56,804 bases of DNA, taken from assembly GCA_023253625.1 (NCBI GenBank), contig JALRFY010000248.1, positions 1 through 56,804 of the forward strand. The letters run 5' to 3'. Shown here one piece after another: positions 27,505 through 37,488 of this stretch. The notes beneath the pieces are model-generated. The model saw only the letters and a program-made list of their open reading frames with translations, did no database searches and was not told where the DNA came from. The translations under genes were made by a program, and so were the position numbers. Positions within the stretch are counted from its first letter, which is position 1; each line of letters starts with the position of its first letter. The DNA comes from Akkermansiaceae bacterium. GTDB taxonomy: Bacteria; Verrucomicrobiota; Verrucomicrobiia; Verrucomicrobiales; Akkermansiaceae.

Positions 27505-28563
27505 TCAGAATTTCCAATCGTGCCCGTCCAGCTCGCACACGCAGGCGACGAGCAGGTCGATGGATGATTGGAGGTCCTTTTTGTTCACCGTCTCGATCGT
27601 CTGGTGGATGTGCCGCGTGGGCACCGAGACCGCGCCGGCGATCGAACCGCCGGGGACCATCCGCTGGAGACCTGCGGTGTCGGTGCCGCCGCCTGAAAGG
27701 ATCTCCGGTTGCCACGCGATCTTGTTGCGCTCGGCTGTCTTTTTCATGAAGGCGACCATCCGATAGTCGCAGATCACCGAGCTGTCCATGATCTTGATGG
27801 CCGCGCCCTTGCCGAGCGAGGTGCAGCGCTCGTATGGCTTCGAGCCCGGGACATCATAGGCAATCGTGGTGTCGAGGCCGAAACTGAAATCCGGCCGGAT
27901 ATCCAGCGCCGAGACGTTCGCACCGCGCAGACCCACCTCCTCCTGCACGGTGAACACGGCGAAGAAGTCATAACACGGCTTGCGGCGAGATTTTTTCAAC
28001 ACCCGCAACGCCTCGATCAAAAGGAACACACACACCCGGTTGTCCAGCGACTTCACGTTCACGCATTCGCCCATCTCCAACAACGGGCTCCAACGCGTGA
28101 CCGGGTCGCCGACCTCGACATGCTTCACCACCTCTTTCCTCGGCAAACCGGTGTCGATGAAATAGTCGGTGATTTTCGCCGCCTTGTTGCGCTCTTCAGG
28201 CTGCATGATGTGCGTCGGCTTCGATCCCATCACACCGAGCAGGTCCTTTTTTCCATGAACGATCACGCGCTGCGACGTGAGCGTCTTGGGATCGAATCCG
28301 CCGAGCGGGTTGAAATGGATGAAGCCGTTGTCGTCGATGTGGGTGACGATGAACCCGATCTCGTCCATGTGCGCCGCGGCCATCGCGCGCTTTTCGGACG
28401 ACTTGCCCTTTTTGAGCGCGATCACGTTGCCCATGTTGTCCAAGCGGATGTCGTCGGCGAGGTCCGCGATCTCGGCAAGCACCAGCTCGCGGATGGCTTT
28501 CTCATAGCCCGGAGCGCCGGGGGCTTCGCAAACACGGGAGAGCAGGTCGGTATCGATTGCCAT
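27505..28563 (-). CDS. M42 family metallo-aminopeptidase
   Basis: AHMDEIG, LDNR, QEEVGLRGA, GGTD, PTRHIH. Start moved to 28563. Confidence 0.93.
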   Translation of the reverse strand: MAIDTDLLSRVCEAPGAPGYEKAIRELVLAEIADLADDIRLDNMGNVIALKKGKSSEKRAMAAAHMDEIGFIVTHIDDNGFIHFNPLGGFDPKTLTSQRVIVHGKKDLLGVMGSKPTHIMQPEERNKAAKITDYFIDTGLPRKEVVKHVEVGDPVTRWSPLLEMGECVNVKSLDNRVCVFLLIEALRVLKKSRRKPCYDFFAVFTVQEEVGLRGANVSALDIRPDFSFGLDTTIAYDVPGSKPYERCTSLGKGAAIKIMDSSVICDYRMVAFMKKTAERNKIAWQPEILSGGGTDTAGLQRMVPGGSIAGAVSVPTRHIHQTIETVNKKDLQSSIDLLVACVCELDGHDWKF

Positions 28564-28639
28564 GGCGCGGACGCTAGACAGCCCGCCCACGCTTGCAAAA
28601 CATTTCCTGCCCATTTCCTGCTCCGGAACCGCGGTCGAC

Positions 28640-28942
28640 CTATCCCCTGGTTTCGATAAGGAAGCATTGACCCGCACCTCGCTTACACGAGCAAATCCGG
28701 GGTGTGGAAGGCGAGCCGGTGGCCATCGGCATTCCCAGACCTGGTGGGACCTCGTCGTTGAGCACCATGATGCGCTCCCGGCTGGTGATCTGCTCGCAAA
28801 GCGCGGCACCGGTGTCGGGCGCGCTGGCTTTCGCGGCGGCGGGGTTCATCCAGCCGAATGCCGCGCCTTGGGATTTCCTGCGCTTGCCGGCATCGAACAG
28901 TCGGTGGATGTGGATGAGATAAAGCACGCCGCCCAGTCCCAT
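28640..28942 (-). CDS. Possible small hypothetical protein
   Basis: Fills the gap and has a Cys-containing C-terminus. No family recognised. Confidence 0.25.
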   Translation of the reverse strand: MGLGGVLYLIHIHRLFDAGKRRKSQGAAFGWMNPAAAKASAPDTGAALCEQITSRERIMVLNDEVPPGLGMPMATGSPSTPRICSCKRGAGQCFLIETRG

Positions 28943-29013
28943 TGCCTCTGCGGGTTAGGACTCTTTATCAAAAAACGCAGTTGCCGGTGCGGAAAGATGT
29001 GTAATGTGGCGAG

Positions 29014-30318
29014 GTGAAACCCAGCAACCAGATGATTGTTCACGGTGCCTGGTGCCTTGCGGCCGTGGCCGCCTTCGGGCTCGGCTCAATACGCAATGCA
29101 TCCCCGGATTCCTCGGAAAACAATGGCGCACCAGGCTCTCCCGGCGCCAGGCGCACATCATCCGCTACCGCCAGCGATGGCAGCCCAGCCACACGCGATC
29201 GGATTCGCCCAAGCCGCCGGTCAGCCGTCTCCGAGGACAGCCCGCTCGCGAGACTCTTTGGAAGCAAGCCTGCAACCGCCGGTCTCGAGGCCCTCGCCTT
29301 CCAAGCCATCCGCGACCCCAACCAGATTAGCCGCCGCCTCGCCTTCTCCAAACTGCTGGAAGCCATGACGGCGGAAAACGCCGAGCAAATCCGTGCCCAA
29401 CTCGTCGATCTCGGGGCGGAGCCCGAACAATGGCGGGATTTCAACTACAGCTGGGGCGCTCTCGCGGGACAAGACGCCTTCGCCGCTGCGGCCAAGACCA
29501 AGGAACAGGATCTCAACGATACGCTCACCGGTTGGGCAGCTGCAAATCCCAAGGCCGCCATGGCCGCGCTCGATAATCTCCCGCCGGAGCTTGAAAACCA
29601 GCGCGGGGAACTCACCCGCAGCGTGATCGCAGGGCTTGCCGACAGTGATCGCGCTCTCGCCGCCGAGATGGTTCTGCGCCTCAGCCATGAGGGAAACAAG
29701 GATGCCCCGGGTCTGATGGAACTCGTCGCCCGGGAAACCCTCCGCGCCGAGGGCACTGCGACCGCCTCCCGTTGGTCCGAGTCACTCCCCGACGGCCCTC
29801 TCAAGGGCGCCGCCATGAACCTCATCGCTGACGAATTCTCCCGGCGTGACCCTGAAGCCGCCGCCGCTTGGGCGCAGCGCCACGCCGCGGAGGACTACGC
29901 GGCACGCGCCATCGGGCGCATCGGCGGGCAATGGGCCCTCCAGAACCCACAGGCGGCCGTGGGATGGCTTGAATCCCTTCCCGCCGGTAACGGCCAGACA
30001 GCCGGCATGACAGCGGCTTTCAATCACTGGGAAGACCGAGATCCTGTGGCCGCCGGCAATTATCTTCTCTCCATGCCCTCCTCCCAGCTGAGGGATACCT
30101 CGATCAGCGGTTTTGCGGACGGCTACGCATGGCAGAACCCCGAGCTTTCCATCCAATGGGCCGACAGCATCGAGAACGCCGCGATCCGCGAACAAACGAT
30201 CACCCGCGTGGGACAGATATACCTGCGACAGAAACCCGCGGCCGGACGCGCCTGGCTTGAATCCAGCGATATCTCCCCGGAGATCAAACAGAAGATTTCC
30301 GGCAATCCCATCCGCTGA
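29014..30318 (+). CDS. Hypothetical exported protein with helical W..xDP.AA..W repeats
   Basis: N-terminal hydrophobic segment, then repeated NP/DP.AA..W..LP motifs. Long clean ORF. Confidence 0.85.
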   Translation: MKPSNQMIVHGAWCLAAVAAFGLGSIRNASPDSSENNGAPGSPGARRTSSATASDGSPATRDRIRPSRRSAVSEDSPLARLFGSKPATAGLEALAFQAIRDPNQISRRLAFSKLLEAMTAENAEQIRAQLVDLGAEPEQWRDFNYSWGALAGQDAFAAAAKTKEQDLNDTLTGWAAANPKAAMAALDNLPPELENQRGELTRSVIAGLADSDRALAAEMVLRLSHEGNKDAPGLMELVARETLRAEGTATASRWSESLPDGPLKGAAMNLIADEFSRRDPEAAAAWAQRHAAEDYAARAIGRIGGQWALQNPQAAVGWLESLPAGNGQTAGMTAAFNHWEDRDPVAAGNYLLSMPSSQLRDTSISGFADGYAWQNPELSIQWADSIENAAIREQTITRVGQIYLRQKPAAGRAWLESSDISPEIKQKISGNPIR

Positions 30319-30611
30319 ACAGACCAAACGCCTCGCTTGCCTTGTGGGCGCTGAGCTTGTCCCTCAGGAGGGTGTCTCCCGCTGAAAATGTGGGTGCAGC
30401 CCCCTTTCCCGCCCTCCGGTCCGGCCCACGGCTGTTTCAGGCCCCCCCGCCAAGACGGCCTCCGCTGTTGGATTCAAAAACCATCGGATTCTGACCACCT
30501 GGGTCGCTGGAACCCTTGATCTTCCGAGGGGTAAATCCGAAAATGCCTGTGGTGGAGATCCACCCCATGAACACCCCTCCGGGTTCTGTGTGATATCCGC
30601 CCCGTCGAAAG

Positions 30612-30701
30612 ATGTTTTTGCGTGCGAACAAGCGGATCAAGGATGGCAAGGAGCACTGCTGCTGGAGCGAAGTCCCTGCGGGGAGGATGGATCCATGTTA
30701 A
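30612..30701 (+). pseudogene. N-terminal remnant of an IS1634-family transposase
   Basis: Translates as MFLRANKRIKDGKEHCCWS, like the MFLR...R.KDGK.H.YWS start recalled for IS1634 transposases. Stops after 29 codons. Confidence 0.6.
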
Positions 30702-30705
30702 ACTC

Positions 30706-32301
30706 TCAGCCGCGAAGCCTGCTTGTGAGCATTTGCAATGCCTCCCTCGCTTCCGCCACCTTGAGGACATGCGCCGCAGCAAAATAGACCGCCGCCGCCG
30801 TGCCCACGGTGGCTGCCAGCGCACCCGCCCGCAGCCATATCGGCAGGGCCACGGGATCAGCGAAGATGAAACGATCCGCCGCCACACACACCACGGCCAT
30901 CGCCGCGCCGGCAAGCAGCAGGCTGCCCAACAGCCGCAGCAGGCCCGCAGTGCCGAAGTCGCCTGCGAATTTGCGCATCGCCACAAACAGAATCAGGAAA
31001 TTGATGCTCGCGCTGATGCTGGTGGTCAGCGCCAGCGACTCGTGGCCCCATTTCATGACGAACACGAAGAACCAGTTGAATCCGATGTTGGTGCCAAGCG
31101 CGAGCATGCTCACCATCATTGGCAGCCAGCGTTTCTCGATGGCATAGAACGCCGGTTGCAATACCTTGAGCCAGGCATAACAGACCAAGCCATAGCCATA
31201 GGCGCGCAGCGCGGCCGCCGTCTGGATGCGATCGACCGCGTCGAATGCGCCCCGCTCGTAAAGCACGCTGACAATCGGCCCGGCGAGCAACGCCAGCCCG
31301 AGCGTGGAGGGCAGAACCAGGAATGCCACCATCCGCAGGCCTTTGTTGAGTGTGGTTTTGAAATCGTCACTGACTCCCGCCACCGCCGCGCGGGAAAGCG
31401 CAGGCAGCGAAACGGTGGCCACCGCCACGCCGAAGACGCCAATGGGAAGCTGCATCAGCCGGAAGGCATAACTCAACCAGCTCACCGCGCCCTCGCCCAC
31501 GCCATAGGCGAACATCGCGTTGATGACCACGTTCACCTGCACCACCGACGAGGCGATCACCGCCGGCCCCATCAGGCGCAGGACCTGCCGCACGCCGGAA
31601 TCCAGCCATTTGAAATCCGCCGCGAAACGATAGCCCGCACGTTTCAACGAGGGGAATTGACATATCAACTGCGCCGCGCCACCGAGCACCACGCCGATGG
31701 AGAAGCCGGTCAGGCTGTCTTTGCCCCATGTCGGGTCGAGCCACCAGCCGAACGCAAGCCCGCCGATCATCGAGCCGAGGTTGAAGAAACACGATGACAG
31801 CGCGGGCATGCCGAAGATGTGGCGCGCATTGAGCAGACCCATCACCAGCGCCGCCAGCGAAACGAGCAGGATGAACGGATACATGATCCGCACCATCGTC
31901 ACCGTGAAGGCGATTTCCTCCGGGTTGTAATCGCGCGGCGAAGCACCCGCGCGCGACAACGCGGTCAATGCCTCCACGATCCACGGTGCCACCCACATGC
32001 CCAGCAGCGTGATCGCGCTCATGAACACGGCCGCCAGCGTGAACATCTTGTTGGCCAGCGCCCATGCCGACTCCTCGCCCTCGGATTTCAGCTTCTTGGA
32101 AAACGTCGTCACGAAAGCCTGGGACAACGCGCCCTCGGCAAACAGATCGCGCAGCAGGTTCGGCACCTTGAACGCCAGATAGAAGCAGTCCATCCAGCGG
32201 CTGCCGCCGAACAGGCCCGCGAACATCATTTCGCGCAGCAAACCGAGCACGCGGCTCGCCATTACGGCGAGGCTGACTTTTCCAGTGGCTTTGGCGGACA
32301 T
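30706..32301 (-). CDS. murJ: Lipid II flippase MurJ/MviN
   Basis: SRVLGLLRE, AFKVPNLLRDLFAEGALS.AFV, RLMQLP.G.FGVA, LYERGAF. Confidence 0.96.
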   Translation of the reverse strand: MSAKATGKVSLAVMASRVLGLLREMMFAGLFGGSRWMDCFYLAFKVPNLLRDLFAEGALSQAFVTTFSKKLKSEGEESAWALANKMFTLAAVFMSAITLLGMWVAPWIVEALTALSRAGASPRDYNPEEIAFTVTMVRIMYPFILLVSLAALVMGLLNARHIFGMPALSSCFFNLGSMIGGLAFGWWLDPTWGKDSLTGFSIGVVLGGAAQLICQFPSLKRAGYRFAADFKWLDSGVRQVLRLMGPAVIASSVVQVNVVINAMFAYGVGEGAVSWLSYAFRLMQLPIGVFGVAVATVSLPALSRAAVAGVSDDFKTTLNKGLRMVAFLVLPSTLGLALLAGPIVSVLYERGAFDAVDRIQTAAALRAYGYGLVCYAWLKVLQPAFYAIEKRWLPMMVSMLALGTNIGFNWFFVFVMKWGHESLALTTSISASINFLILFVAMRKFAGDFGTAGLLRLLGSLLLAGAAMAVVCVAADRFIFADPVALPIWLRAGALAATVGTAAAVYFAAAHVLKVAEAREALQMLTSRLRG

Positions 32302-32567
32302 GGATGCGGCGGCTGCGGCGTGTCATACCCCCCCACACGCCGCATGGCGATACCGCGATGCGGAAATAAGATGCTTCGCGGAAAATTGACAGGTCACGCA
32401 GGATTTCATGGGCCTGCCCGCACCCGCACAAGCTCCGCCATCCTGATTCTGCTTCATCGTTCTGCTTCAAAGCGGCTTGACCCACAGCCCCGCGCCACGC
32501 AAGTTGTCCGCCCGCGCGGCCCGGTGGCCGTAATGTTTCCAACCATCCAACTCCAACCCGAACCGAC

Positions 32568-33614
32568 ATGGCCGCGAAGATCTACACCACCAAGGACGCG
32601 CCGATCGCTCCGCTCAAAAAGAAAACCCTCGCCGTGATCGGCTTCGGCTCCCAAGGCCACGCCCACGCACTCAACCTCAAGGACAGTGGTCTCAAGGTCG
32701 TCATCGGCCTTTACAAGAAATCGAAGTCGCGCGAGGTCGCCAAAAAACTCGGTTTCGAAGTCATGGACACTGCCGATGCGGTGAAAGCGGCCGACGTCAT
32801 CTTCGTCGCCACCCCGGACACGGTGATCCCGTCGGTTTACAACAAGGACATCGTGCCGAACCTCACACCGGGCAAAACGCTCCTCTTCTCCCACGGCTTC
32901 GCCGTTCATTTCAACACCATCAAACTGCCGGATTTCATCGACGTCATCCTCGTCGCCCCGAAAGGCCCGGGACATACCGTGCGCTCGCAGTTCCTCGCCG
33001 GCAAGGGCGTGCCCGGCCTTATCGCCATCCACCAGGATGTCACCGGTAATGCCAAGAAGACCGCCCTCGCGTGGGCCGGCGGCATCGGATGCGCCCGCGC
33101 CGGGGTGTTCGAAACCAACTTCCGCGAGGACACCGTCACCGACCTCTTCGGCGAACAGTGCGTGCTCTGCGGCGGCGCCTCCGCACTGGTCAAGGCCGGC
33201 TTCGAAGTGCTGGTGGAAGCCGGGTATCAACCGGAAATGGCCTACTTCGAGTGCCTCCACGAGCTGAAACTCATCGTGGACCTCATGAATGAGCAGGGCA
33301 TTGCCGGCATGCGCTTCTCCGTTTCCGAAACCGCCGAGTGGGGCGATGTCTCCGTCGGCCCCAAAATCATCGATGCCTCGGTCAAGAAGCGCATGCAAAA
33401 GCAGCTCAAGGAAATCGAGTCAGGCAAATTCGCCAAGGAGTGGATCGCCGAATATGAAAGCGGCTACAAGCGCTTCAACCCGATCCGCAAGGCCGAGGCC
33501 GCCCATCAGATCGAGAAAACCGGCGCCAAACTCCGCTCCACGATGAGCTGGATCAAGCAGAGCAAGATCAAGAAAGGTGCCAGCCAGGCCAGCCTGATCT
33601 CCAGCTCGAAATAA
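32568..33614 (+). CDS. ilvC: Ketol-acid reductoisomerase
   Basis: IGFGSQGHAHALNLKDSG, VAPKGPGH.VR, DLFGEQ.VLCGG, AYFECLHELKLIVDL. Confidence 0.98.
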   Translation: MAAKIYTTKDAPIAPLKKKTLAVIGFGSQGHAHALNLKDSGLKVVIGLYKKSKSREVAKKLGFEVMDTADAVKAADVIFVATPDTVIPSVYNKDIVPNLTPGKTLLFSHGFAVHFNTIKLPDFIDVILVAPKGPGHTVRSQFLAGKGVPGLIAIHQDVTGNAKKTALAWAGGIGCARAGVFETNFREDTVTDLFGEQCVLCGGASALVKAGFEVLVEAGYQPEMAYFECLHELKLIVDLMNEQGIAGMRFSVSETAEWGDVSVGPKIIDASVKKRMQKQLKEIESGKFAKEWIAEYESGYKRFNPIRKAEAAHQIEKTGAKLRSTMSWIKQSKIKKGASQASLISSSK

Positions 33615-33643
33615 GGCGGCACTGGGATTCTCTTTTCAATCCC

Positions 33644-33675
33644 CCCCCGGCCCTCCTGGAAGGCCGGGGGTTTTT
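33644..33675 (+). terminator. Rho-independent terminator of ilvC
   Basis: CCCCCGGCC-loop-GGCCGGGGG followed by TTTTT. Confidence 0.85.
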
Positions 33676-33701
33676 GTTTGTCCTTGGAAACCGCCCATCC
33701 C

Positions 33702-34175
33702 ATGAGGATGCTGACGCCGATGGCTGATCTTGTAAGAGTGGAACCGATCGCCCTGATGCCGACTCAGGCGGGTTGTGCGGTATTTCTCGGCGATGGGGCG
33801 AAGGTGATCGTCTTTTTCATCGATCCCGGCGTGGGCGCTTCGATCAATGCGGTGCTGGCCGGCCAAGTGCCCTCCCGGCCGCTCACCCATGATCTCTATC
33901 TGCATACGCTGGCAGCCTTCGGCGCCACCATCTCGCGCGCAGTGATCGTGCGCATGGAGAACGAGGTGTATTTCGCACGGCTCATCATCGAGGCGGAAAA
34001 CGAGATCATGGAGCGCAAGATCATCGAACTGGACGCACGGCCGTCCGATTGTCTTGCCGTGGCGGTGCGCTGCGAAGCGCCTGTCTATGTGGTGCGCGAG
34101 TTATGGGATACGCTCGAAGACATGTCCGCCACGCTCGCTGAAATGCGCAAGCAGGCCGAGGGTGGCAGCGATTGA
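33702..34175 (+). CDS. Bifunctional nuclease family (DUF151)
   Basis: RPLTHDL, V.FARL, LDARPSD.LA.A.R...PVYV. Start uncertain (33702 or 33720). Confidence 0.88.
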   Translation: MRMLTPMADLVRVEPIALMPTQAGCAVFLGDGAKVIVFFIDPGVGASINAVLAGQVPSRPLTHDLYLHTLAAFGATISRAVIVRMENEVYFARLIIEAENEIMERKIIELDARPSDCLAVAVRCEAPVYVVRELWDTLEDMSATLAEMRKQAEGGSD

Positions 34176-34244
34176 AAATCCGCCGGACTATTTTGTCCAA
34201 AACGGCTCTTGCGGCATCATTGATCCGGCATAACCTCAAAGTTC

Positions 34245-35453
34245 ATGAATGCTATCTCGACCCCTGTCCTGCCCGATTATCTGTCCGAGGACATCCTGCT
34301 TCATCCTGAAAATCGCAAGTTCCCGCCCTTTGATCTCGTGCGCCTGCTTGGCACTGTGTTCGACCCCACCGCCGGTTGCCGCGTCTGCATCCTGGTGGAT
34401 TTCGACGAACCCGCGGAGCTCATCAAGGACTTCACCTTCCTCTCGCACGCTGGCTTTCCAGTGCAGAAAAACGCCCACAAGCACTTCCATCAGGGCCTGC
34501 ACCAAGGAGCGATGGAGCAACTCGGCATGACCGGCGGTGAAATGTTCGCCTACCGCTGCACCCATGGCTCCAACCTCGATCTTGCCGACGACGTCTGGGA
34601 CACCGCCGGCAACCACCTCTCGCTCGATCGCGATATCTATCCGAACTACGATCTCATCCTCTGCATCTCCACCTTCTCCGCCACCGCACCGCTCACTGCC
34701 AAGGCCAGGCAATACGGCTTCCGCGGCGCCACCATGCACGGACTCAACGATGTGATACTCAACTCCGGCCTCGCCGTGAACTACCACGAGGTTTCCGCCG
34801 ATGCCGAAAAACTCCGCCTTGCCATGACCAGGGCGGACTCGATCGAGATCGATTTCGCGCTCGAAGACGGCCGCATCCTCACCGCCTGGCTCGGCCTCGG
34901 TGGCCAGGATGCCCAGAAATCCCACGGCCTCTGCCTCGGCAAAACTCCCGACATCGCCAACCTGCCCGCCGGTGAGGTCTATTTCGTCCCCACCGACGCC
35001 CGCGGGCAGTTTCCCATGAAATACGAGGACGGAACCCTCGGCGTGCTCGACGTGGCCGACCGCTGCATCATCCGCTCCACCCTGATCAAGGGCAACCAGG
35101 CAACCATCGACGCGCACAATGCCCGCCTTGCCGACGACCCCATGACCGGCACGCTCGGCGAACTCGGATTCGGCACCCAGGTGCTGCCCGTTTCAGGTGC
35201 GGACATCCAGGACGAAAAGGTGCTTGGCACCTGCCACCTCGCCACCGGCCGCGATGACCACCTCGGCGGTGACATCCTGCCCTCGATGTTCAAGAAGCAC
35301 GAGAATTCGACCCACGACGACATCCTCTTCGCACCGCACAAGACACCGAATTTCAACATCCGCCAAGTGCGCATGAAGCGCGGCGGGCAGGAGGAAATCC
35401 TCATCGAGAACTTCCGCCCCGCACGCTATCTCATGGACGCCCTGGCTGGCTGA
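34245..35453 (+). CDS. Aminopeptidase T / M29-like metalloprotein
   Basis: NLPAGEVY, LGELGFG, DEKVLGTCHLATG, H.D. Confidence 0.7.
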   Translation: MNAISTPVLPDYLSEDILLHPENRKFPPFDLVRLLGTVFDPTAGCRVCILVDFDEPAELIKDFTFLSHAGFPVQKNAHKHFHQGLHQGAMEQLGMTGGEMFAYRCTHGSNLDLADDVWDTAGNHLSLDRDIYPNYDLILCISTFSATAPLTAKARQYGFRGATMHGLNDVILNSGLAVNYHEVSADAEKLRLAMTRADSIEIDFALEDGRILTAWLGLGGQDAQKSHGLCLGKTPDIANLPAGEVYFVPTDARGQFPMKYEDGTLGVLDVADRCIIRSTLIKGNQATIDAHNARLADDPMTGTLGELGFGTQVLPVSGADIQDEKVLGTCHLATGRDDHLGGDILPSMFKKHENSTHDDILFAPHKTPNFNIRQVRMKRGGQEEILIENFRPARYLMDALAG

Positions 35454-35502
35454 TACTGATAGCCTAACATTCACGCTGTGCCCGGCGCGGAGTGCACATG
35501 GC

Positions 35503-35958
35503 TCAATGAGCCACCCGGGTGCGGCCGCCGCCGCCGGTCATCACTCGCACACGGTCTCCCACCGCAAAGGATTCACGCGGATTGGATTCCTGCACCACCG
35601 ACAAGCGGCCGCCAGCTTCCAATCGCACCTCGATTTCCAGCCCCGGACGCGAGGTGATGTTCTGGCCCGCGTGGGACCCCACGGCACCTCCGGCGAGCGC
35701 GCCGGCCACCGTGGCAGCGGTCTTGCCCGAGCCGCCGCCGATCTGATTCCCCAGCAAGCCACCGATGCCTGCGCCGATGAGTGAACCACCGGTGCTGCCA
35801 CCTTCGATCTTCACCGGGCGAATGGAAGTGATGGTGCCGTAGCGGACTTCCTGGGCCCGGCCGGCCTCATAACGCGCCACGGTGTCACCGGTGAGTGAAT
35901 CCTGAGCACAGGAGGCGAGGAAAAGCGGTGCAAGCGAAATAACGAGCAGTTTTTTCAT
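35503..35958 (-). CDS. Glycine-zipper outer-membrane lipoprotein (SlyB-like)
   Basis: Lipobox LASC and GAGIGGLLGNQIGGGSG..AATVAGALAGG. Confidence 0.9.
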   Translation of the reverse strand: MKKLLVISLAPLFLASCAQDSLTGDTVARYEAGRAQEVRYGTITSIRPVKIEGGSTGGSLIGAGIGGLLGNQIGGGSGKTAATVAGALAGGAVGSHAGQNITSRPGLEIEVRLEAGGRLSVVQESNPRESFAVGDRVRVMTGGGGRTRVAH

Positions 35959-36074
35959 GGTTGGCATTTGTCCGCATTCCACCGCGGAAAGTAAAGGCGG
36001 AACTCGGCCACGGGCTTTCATTCCTTCCATTTCCGGGCTTTCGTCATGGGCAGGTTCCGGTATGATGCCGCCAC

Positions 36075-37178
36075 ATGACGCTGGAGGACCTCGGCTGGAG
36101 CCCATTCTTCGAAAAAGCCTTCGCGCCCTTCCGCGCCAAAGGCTGGGTGCCCGCGCGCCTCATCCGTGAGACCCCCATCAACTTCGGCGCGTTCCTCGAA
36201 GACGGCGATGAAATCGACGCCGTCCTCGCCGGCCGCGTCTGGCACGAGGCTGCCACCGATGCCGACCTGCCCGCCGTCGGCGACTGGGTGGCCATCGAGC
36301 CCGGCGGCGAAAACCGGGACCACGTCATCCGCGCCATGCTGCCGCGCCGCACCTGCTTCGCCCGCAAAATGCCAGGCAACAGCTCCCAAGCCCAAGTCAT
36401 CGGCGCGAACATCGACATCGTCGCCGTCGTTACCGACGCCGGCCCGGATTTCAACCTCCGCCGCATGGAGCGCTACTTCACGCTCATCCACCGCAGCGGC
36501 GCGCGCGCGCTCGTGCTCGTCAACAAGTCCGACCTGTTTCCCAAGCGGCAGAACCAACAGGCCGCCGCGCAAATCGCCGCGCTGTGGGACAAGGCGGAAG
36601 TCCATGTGACCAGCGCCCTCAAAGGCGAGGGACTCAAGCTTCTGAAAAAACAACTCAAATCCGGAATCACGATGTGTGTGGTAGGTTCCAGTGGCGTCGG
36701 CAAGTCCACCCTCGTCAACCAACTCTACGGCGAGGAATGGCAATGGACCGGCGAGGTCAACGAAACCACCGGCAAGGGCCGCCACACCACCACCTCGCGC
36801 GAGCTCGTTCCGCTGCCTTGCGATGGCATGCTCATCGACAACCCCGGCATGCGCGAAATCCAGATGTGGACCGATGAGACCACCCTGCGCGAAAGCTTCG
36901 CCGATCTTGAAGAACTCGCTGCCGCCTGCCGCTTCGCCGATTGCGGCCACCGCTCCGACGCCGGCTGCGCCATCCGTGAAGCCGTCGAATCCGGCACGCT
37001 CGACCCCGCCCGCCACGAAAACTTCCTCAACCTGGAAAACGAAATCGCCGCCCTGAAAAAACGCGCCGAAAAACGCCGCATGGCCGTCGAGCGATGGGCC
37101 AAGCGCAAACACCGCGTCAAGGCACGCAATCTCGAAGACCGCATCCAGCTCGAACGTGACGAACGCGGCGCAATCTAA
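36075..37178 (+). CDS. rsgA: Small ribosomal subunit biogenesis GTPase
   Basis: NKSDL, GSSGVGKST, GRHTT, DNPG, CRFADCGH..DAGC. Confidence 0.95.
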   Translation: MTLEDLGWSPFFEKAFAPFRAKGWVPARLIRETPINFGAFLEDGDEIDAVLAGRVWHEAATDADLPAVGDWVAIEPGGENRDHVIRAMLPRRTCFARKMPGNSSQAQVIGANIDIVAVVTDAGPDFNLRRMERYFTLIHRSGARALVLVNKSDLFPKRQNQQAAAQIAALWDKAEVHVTSALKGEGLKLLKKQLKSGITMCVVGSSGVGKSTLVNQLYGEEWQWTGEVNETTGKGRHTTTSRELVPLPCDGMLIDNPGMREIQMWTDETTLRESFADLEELAAACRFADCGHRSDAGCAIREAVESGTLDPARHENFLNLENEIAALKKRAEKRRMAVERWAKRKHRVKARNLEDRIQLERDERGAI

Positions 37179-37232
37179 GCACCAGCCCCCTGCCACATGA
37201 AAAAACCTGCCCGATTTCACAGCAACCGGGCA

Positions 37233-37261
37233 TTGACACGGCATCGTCCGGCGCGTAATCA
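37233..37261 (+). promoter_or_regulatory. Sigma70-type promoter of tRNA-Cys
   Basis: TTGACA-N17-TAATCA, followed by a GC-rich stretch. Confidence 0.6.
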
Positions 37262-37294
37262 ATCGCCCCCGCGCGGTTTCTCGCAAGCCGCACC

Positions 37295-37369
37295 GGCGGA
37301 GTAGCCAAGTGGTAAGGCAATGGTTTGCAAAACCGTCATTCGAGGGTTCGATTCCCTCCTCCGCCTCCA
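37295..37369 (+). tRNA. tRNA-Cys (GCA)
   Basis: GGCGGAG/CTCCGCC acceptor stem, U73 and encoded CCA, anticodon loop TTGCAAA, T-arm GAGGG-TTCGATT-CCCTC. Confidence 0.97.
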
Positions 37370-37466
37370 TCCTAAAACCCTGAAAATCAGCAGGATGTGA
37401 AGGAATCAGGGTCGTTAGGAAAACGGCCGAAAACGCAGGAAAGCGCACGAAAACCCATCCGAATTC

Positions 37467-37488
37467 GGGTAGTGAATGGGCAGTGAAT
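37467..37488. repeat. Tandem 11-bp direct repeat downstream of the tRNA
   Basis: GGGTAGTGAAT GGGCAGTGAAT. Confidence 0.6.

Noticed and set aside
30330-30600. Structured ncRNA (SRP, 6S, tmRNA, RNase P)
   Set aside because: No diagnostic motifs were seen. An IS remnant explains at least the right part.
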